64,000 bases of DNA from Nitrosopumilus sp. (GTDB taxonomy: Archaea > Thermoproteota > Nitrososphaeria > Nitrososphaerales > Nitrosopumilaceae): assembly GCA_965207075.1 (NCBI GenBank), contig CBDBLO010000002.1, positions 416,001 to 480,000 on the forward strand. Reading direction: 5' to 3'. The notes beneath the pieces are model-generated. The model worked only from the letters and a program-made list of their open reading frames with translations. It searched no databases and was not told where the DNA came from. Made by a program: the position numbers and the translations under genes. Shown in pieces: positions 61,077 through 64,000 of this stretch (its first letter is position 1; each line of letters begins with the position of its first letter).

Positions 61077-62657
61077 CTAGTCGGTTGCCGGCTTTACAAG
61101 CTGGCCCGGGCTCATCATCATGCTCTCCGGCAGGCCGGTTATCCCCCCGTTGAGGCTTTCTGCGGCTATGCCGTTTCCCACAAGCACCTTTGTGGCCATC
61201 AGCGAGGTGTTTCCGGCCATGCAGATCAGCAGGCACTTGCCCTTTTCACTATCATCGTGCTGCAGGTCGCGGCTCATCTCCTCCGGAACCTTTCGGTCGG
61301 TGAGCAGCTGTCCCACGGTGCTCGCCTTTTGCACGATTATCTTGTCCTTGGATACGCCCAGCGACTTTGCAATCACCTCGAGGCCCTCCTCGCGCGGCGT
61401 ATACTGGGGGTGGACCCACACTATCCTGTCATAGTCGTCGGCAGACTGGGCCGCGTCCTCAAGCGAGACTTGGATGCGTCCCCCTTTCCCCTGCTTTTCC
61501 ATCCTCTCTGCCTCTTCCATTGCCTTGCGGTACTTGGCGATGCCGTCGGCTATTATCACCACGAATTTCTGCGCCTTGCCGTCTATGGACATCTGCATCG
61601 CCGCGTACAGCGCGAGCGCCGAACTCTCGCCTATGTCAAGCCCCTTCTGCTTTACAAAGAAGCGGTGCAGCGGCCTTGCCTTTCCAAAGTCTATTATGTG
61701 CTGGCCCTCGTACGAGTCGGGCCTGTACATCGACAGCCCGTCGGCCGTGGCCTGCGTCCTGATGCCCGCCACGTCCTGTCCCACGGGGGGAAAGACCACG
61801 TGCACGGCCTTCTGGCCGTACCTGTCATTCATGTACTCGTTGAATCCGGAGGAGGTGCCGCCCGTGCCGAACGTGCAGACTATGCGGTACCCGTCAAGCG
61901 ACCCGCCCTCTGCGGCAAGCTGCTGGTCCGTCTCCACCGCCGTAACGGTGCGGTGCGCCTCGGGGTTGAGGCTGTTGTCGTACTGGGCGGGGCAAAAGCA
62001 CCCGTACGCCCTTGCAAGAAGCTTTGCCAGGTTTATGATGTCCTGGGCCTGCAGCAGCTCCAGTATTTCGGCCATGTTGTCATCAAACGGCCCTGTCGGG
62101 AATCCCAGGTTGAGCATCTGCGCCCGTATGTTCGCGGCCGCCGCCCTTGCGGCAATCTCGTCCTTGTTTCCCTTCATGCCGGGCGCGGGGCAGACGTCCA
62201 TGTCAAGGTCGATTATGTGGACTCCCTCGCTTCGCAGCTCTGCAAACACGCCCTCCTGGAGCCTTCTTGAGACGAGGGCCACCACCTTTAGGCCCAGCCT
62301 TGCAAGCAGTCCCAGCGCTATTCCAAAGTTGCCGGACGTGGCCTCTATTACGGCCTGGCCGTCCCTCAGCTTGCCGCTTTTTATCGCGTCGTGTATGATG
62401 TGGACCGCCGGCCTCACCTTTATGGAGCCCGTCAGGAGCTCGGACTCTAGCTTGCCCATGACGCGCAGGTCGGGGCTCGGCAGGTCCGTCCTGTATGCGG
62501 CCCTGGCGCACTCCCTGAGGTGCTCTGTGATGTCTATCAGGGGCGTGGCGCCGACCACCGTGGCGCCCTGGCCGCCGTCCCCGCCGCGCTCAAGGTGCGG
62601 CACCTTGGACCATATCTCGCGCTCAAAGCGCTCTAGCAGGGGGCCGTCTGCGTCCAT
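61077..62657 (-). CDS. PLP-dependent cysteine synthase-family protein with C-terminal rhodanese-like domain
   Basis: TGSIK.R, EATSGNFG, QY.N..N..AH, GTGGT, GESS; IC.AG..S...A.SL.GG. Confidence 0.88.
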   Translation of the reverse strand: MDADGPLLERFEREIWSKVPHLERGGDGGQGATVVGATPLIDITEHLRECARAAYRTDLPSPDLRVMGKLESELLTGSIKVRPAVHIIHDAIKSGKLRDGQAVIEATSGNFGIALGLLARLGLKVVALVSRRLQEGVFAELRSEGVHIIDLDMDVCPAPGMKGNKDEIAARAAAANIRAQMLNLGFPTGPFDDNMAEILELLQAQDIINLAKLLARAYGCFCPAQYDNSLNPEAHRTVTAVETDQQLAAEGGSLDGYRIVCTFGTGGTSSGFNEYMNDRYGQKAVHVVFPPVGQDVAGIRTQATADGLSMYRPDSYEGQHIIDFGKARPLHRFFVKQKGLDIGESSALALYAAMQMSIDGKAQKFVVIIADGIAKYRKAMEEAERMEKQGKGGRIQVSLEDAAQSADDYDRIVWVHPQYTPREEGLEVIAKSLGVSKDKIIVQKASTVGQLLTDRKVPEEMSRDLQHDDSEKGKCLLICMAGNTSLMATKVLVGNGIAAESLNGGITGLPESMMMSPGQLVKPATD

Positions 62658-62732
62658 GCTGGAATGTTTCCATCATACTCTTATAAAATGTAAGATCGGC
62701 GGCCCGCCCGCCGGTGCGCGCGCAAGAACTGG

Positions 62733-64000
62733 TCACGCCTCCAGTATTCCCATTACCTTGTTTGGTATGTCGGCCAGCCTGCTTACGGCCACCGTCCTTT
62801 CGTACCCGAGCCGCCTCAGGTTGCTTGCAATCGCGGTGGCCCTTGTGATGTTGGGGCCCAGGCCCAGCGCCACCATGCCCGTACCCAGTCCCTTCAGCCC
62901 CGTTATCATCTCCCTGACCGCGTCGGGGTCAGATGGCTCTCCGTCTGTCAGCGTCAGGAATATGTCCGGCCTCCTTGCCTGGAGTATGGGGTACATCTTG
63001 TCGTACACCTCTGCAAGCGGGGTCGAGCCGTTTGCGACTATCCTTGCGAGCCTCTTTGCCGCGGAGGTGTTCCACTTTGCGGCCTCCGGCTTTATGGACC
63101 AGCATACGACGGATCTATCCTGCGTGCTGAACGCGTAGACGGAGAACGACACCCTCAGAAACGAGAGCACCTCGCAGAGCGCCAGGGTCGCTTTTTTGTA
63201 CTCTCTGGCGTCCGACGCGATCGAGGACGAGTGGTCGAGCAGTATGGTGATCCTGGTCTTTATCGACTTTTTCACGTCCGTGACGAACGGATCGTGCCCC
63301 TCGATGTAGCTCTCCCCGTCAAACTCCTCCCCCGCCGACGCGACGTGCGTCTCGCTCCATCCGCTCTTCCACTCCTTGAACTTTGCCTTGAGCCCGTTTA
63401 TCAGAGCGGCGTCGTATATGGCCGACTCGTCGGCGCCCTCTGCGCCCGCCGGGGCCTGGATTCCGATGGGCTCGGACGCAAGCCCCTTGTTCTCGGCCCG
63501 CTGGTTCTCCTCAAGCAGCATGGTGTACTCGCCGTGTATGTCCTCCGAGCCGCGCAGTATGGACGAGGCGTCCCTTGCGTTCTCCGCGAGCCCCGACCTT
63601 TTGTCGTGCTGCAGGACTACCTTTAGCACCTTTAGCATCTCCTTCTCGTCGAGCGCCATGCCGGCCCTCATGAACGGCAGGGAGACCGGTATTGTCATGA
63701 GCGAGTCTATGTCCAGCATCTTTATGATGCGGCTCGTGTGCCCCTCGACCCAGTCCGTGCCCCTGCCCTCTGATACCGCCTCTGATATCACACCCCTTGC
63801 AAACTCGGCCGCCCTCGCGACGCGCTCGACATGGCTAGCCTGCAGCTCGCCCTTTACGGCCCCGAACAGCAGCTGCTGGTAGAACGCCTCGACTATGCGG
63901 GCCCTTCCGTACACCTCATGCAGCTGGGGCCTCTCCACCAGCATGTGGGCGTGGTACATGACGATCTCGTCGTCCATGCCGCGCCACACCTTTCGGCCCA
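62733..64000 (-). CDS. vWA domain protein (5' partial)
   Basis: LLDHSSSI MIDAS, GSTPL, LTDGEP. Confidence 0.85.
   Translation of the reverse strand, partial: GRKVWRGMDDEIVMYHAHMLVERPQLHEVYGRARIVEAFYQQLLFGAVKGELQASHVERVARAAEFARGVISEAVSEGRGTDWVEGHTSRIIKMLDIDSLMTIPVSLPFMRAGMALDEKEMLKVLKVVLQHDKRSGLAENARDASSILRGSEDIHGEYTMLLEENQRAENKGLASEPIGIQAPAGAEGADESAIYDAALINGLKAKFKEWKSGWSETHVASAGEEFDGESYIEGHDPFVTDVKKSIKTRITILLDHSSSIASDAREYKKATLALCEVLSFLRVSFSVYAFSTQDRSVVCWSIKPEAAKWNTSAAKRLARIVANGSTPLAEVYDKMYPILQARRPDIFLTLTDGEPSDPDAVREMITGLKGLGTGMVALGLGPNITRATAIASNLRRLGYERTVAVSRLADIPNKVMGILEA

Noticed and set aside
61474-63138. Long antisense ORFs (also 3432-4424, 40784-42022, 41725-43017)
   Set aside because: Shadows of high-GC real genes on the opposite strand

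Overview
This is a high-GC archaeal chromosome segment. The gene content (TBP, NAC, TgtA, Taw1, Kae1/Bud32, P-II, TSP3-repeat proteins) points to an ammonia-oxidising Nitrosopumilaceae-type thaumarchaeote, possibly host-associated (inference). Core genes occupy 1-5734 and 35169-64000. Between them is a ~29-kb accessory region. Its main part is a ~24.3-kb island integrated at tRNA-Arg(TCT), with an adjacent tyrosine integrase and a 14-bp att repeat at 10615-10628 and 34929-34942. The island carries a PLD-helicase plus Type ISP-like methyltransferase module, other candidate defence genes, several IS elements and unusual repeat arrays. Four observations stand out. (1) An (AG)16 tract in the methyltransferase gene gates three reading frames, one of which encodes a hidden second copy of a specificity segment. 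(2) Three copies of a ~120-bp island-end sequence each follow a perfect or degenerate att core. (3) Two homologous 33-bp arrays in inverted orientation flank an AT-rich stretch and two G14 tracts. (4) A 58-aa protein resembles the crenarchaeal chromatin protein CC1. All calls come from reading motifs by eye; no database searches were run.
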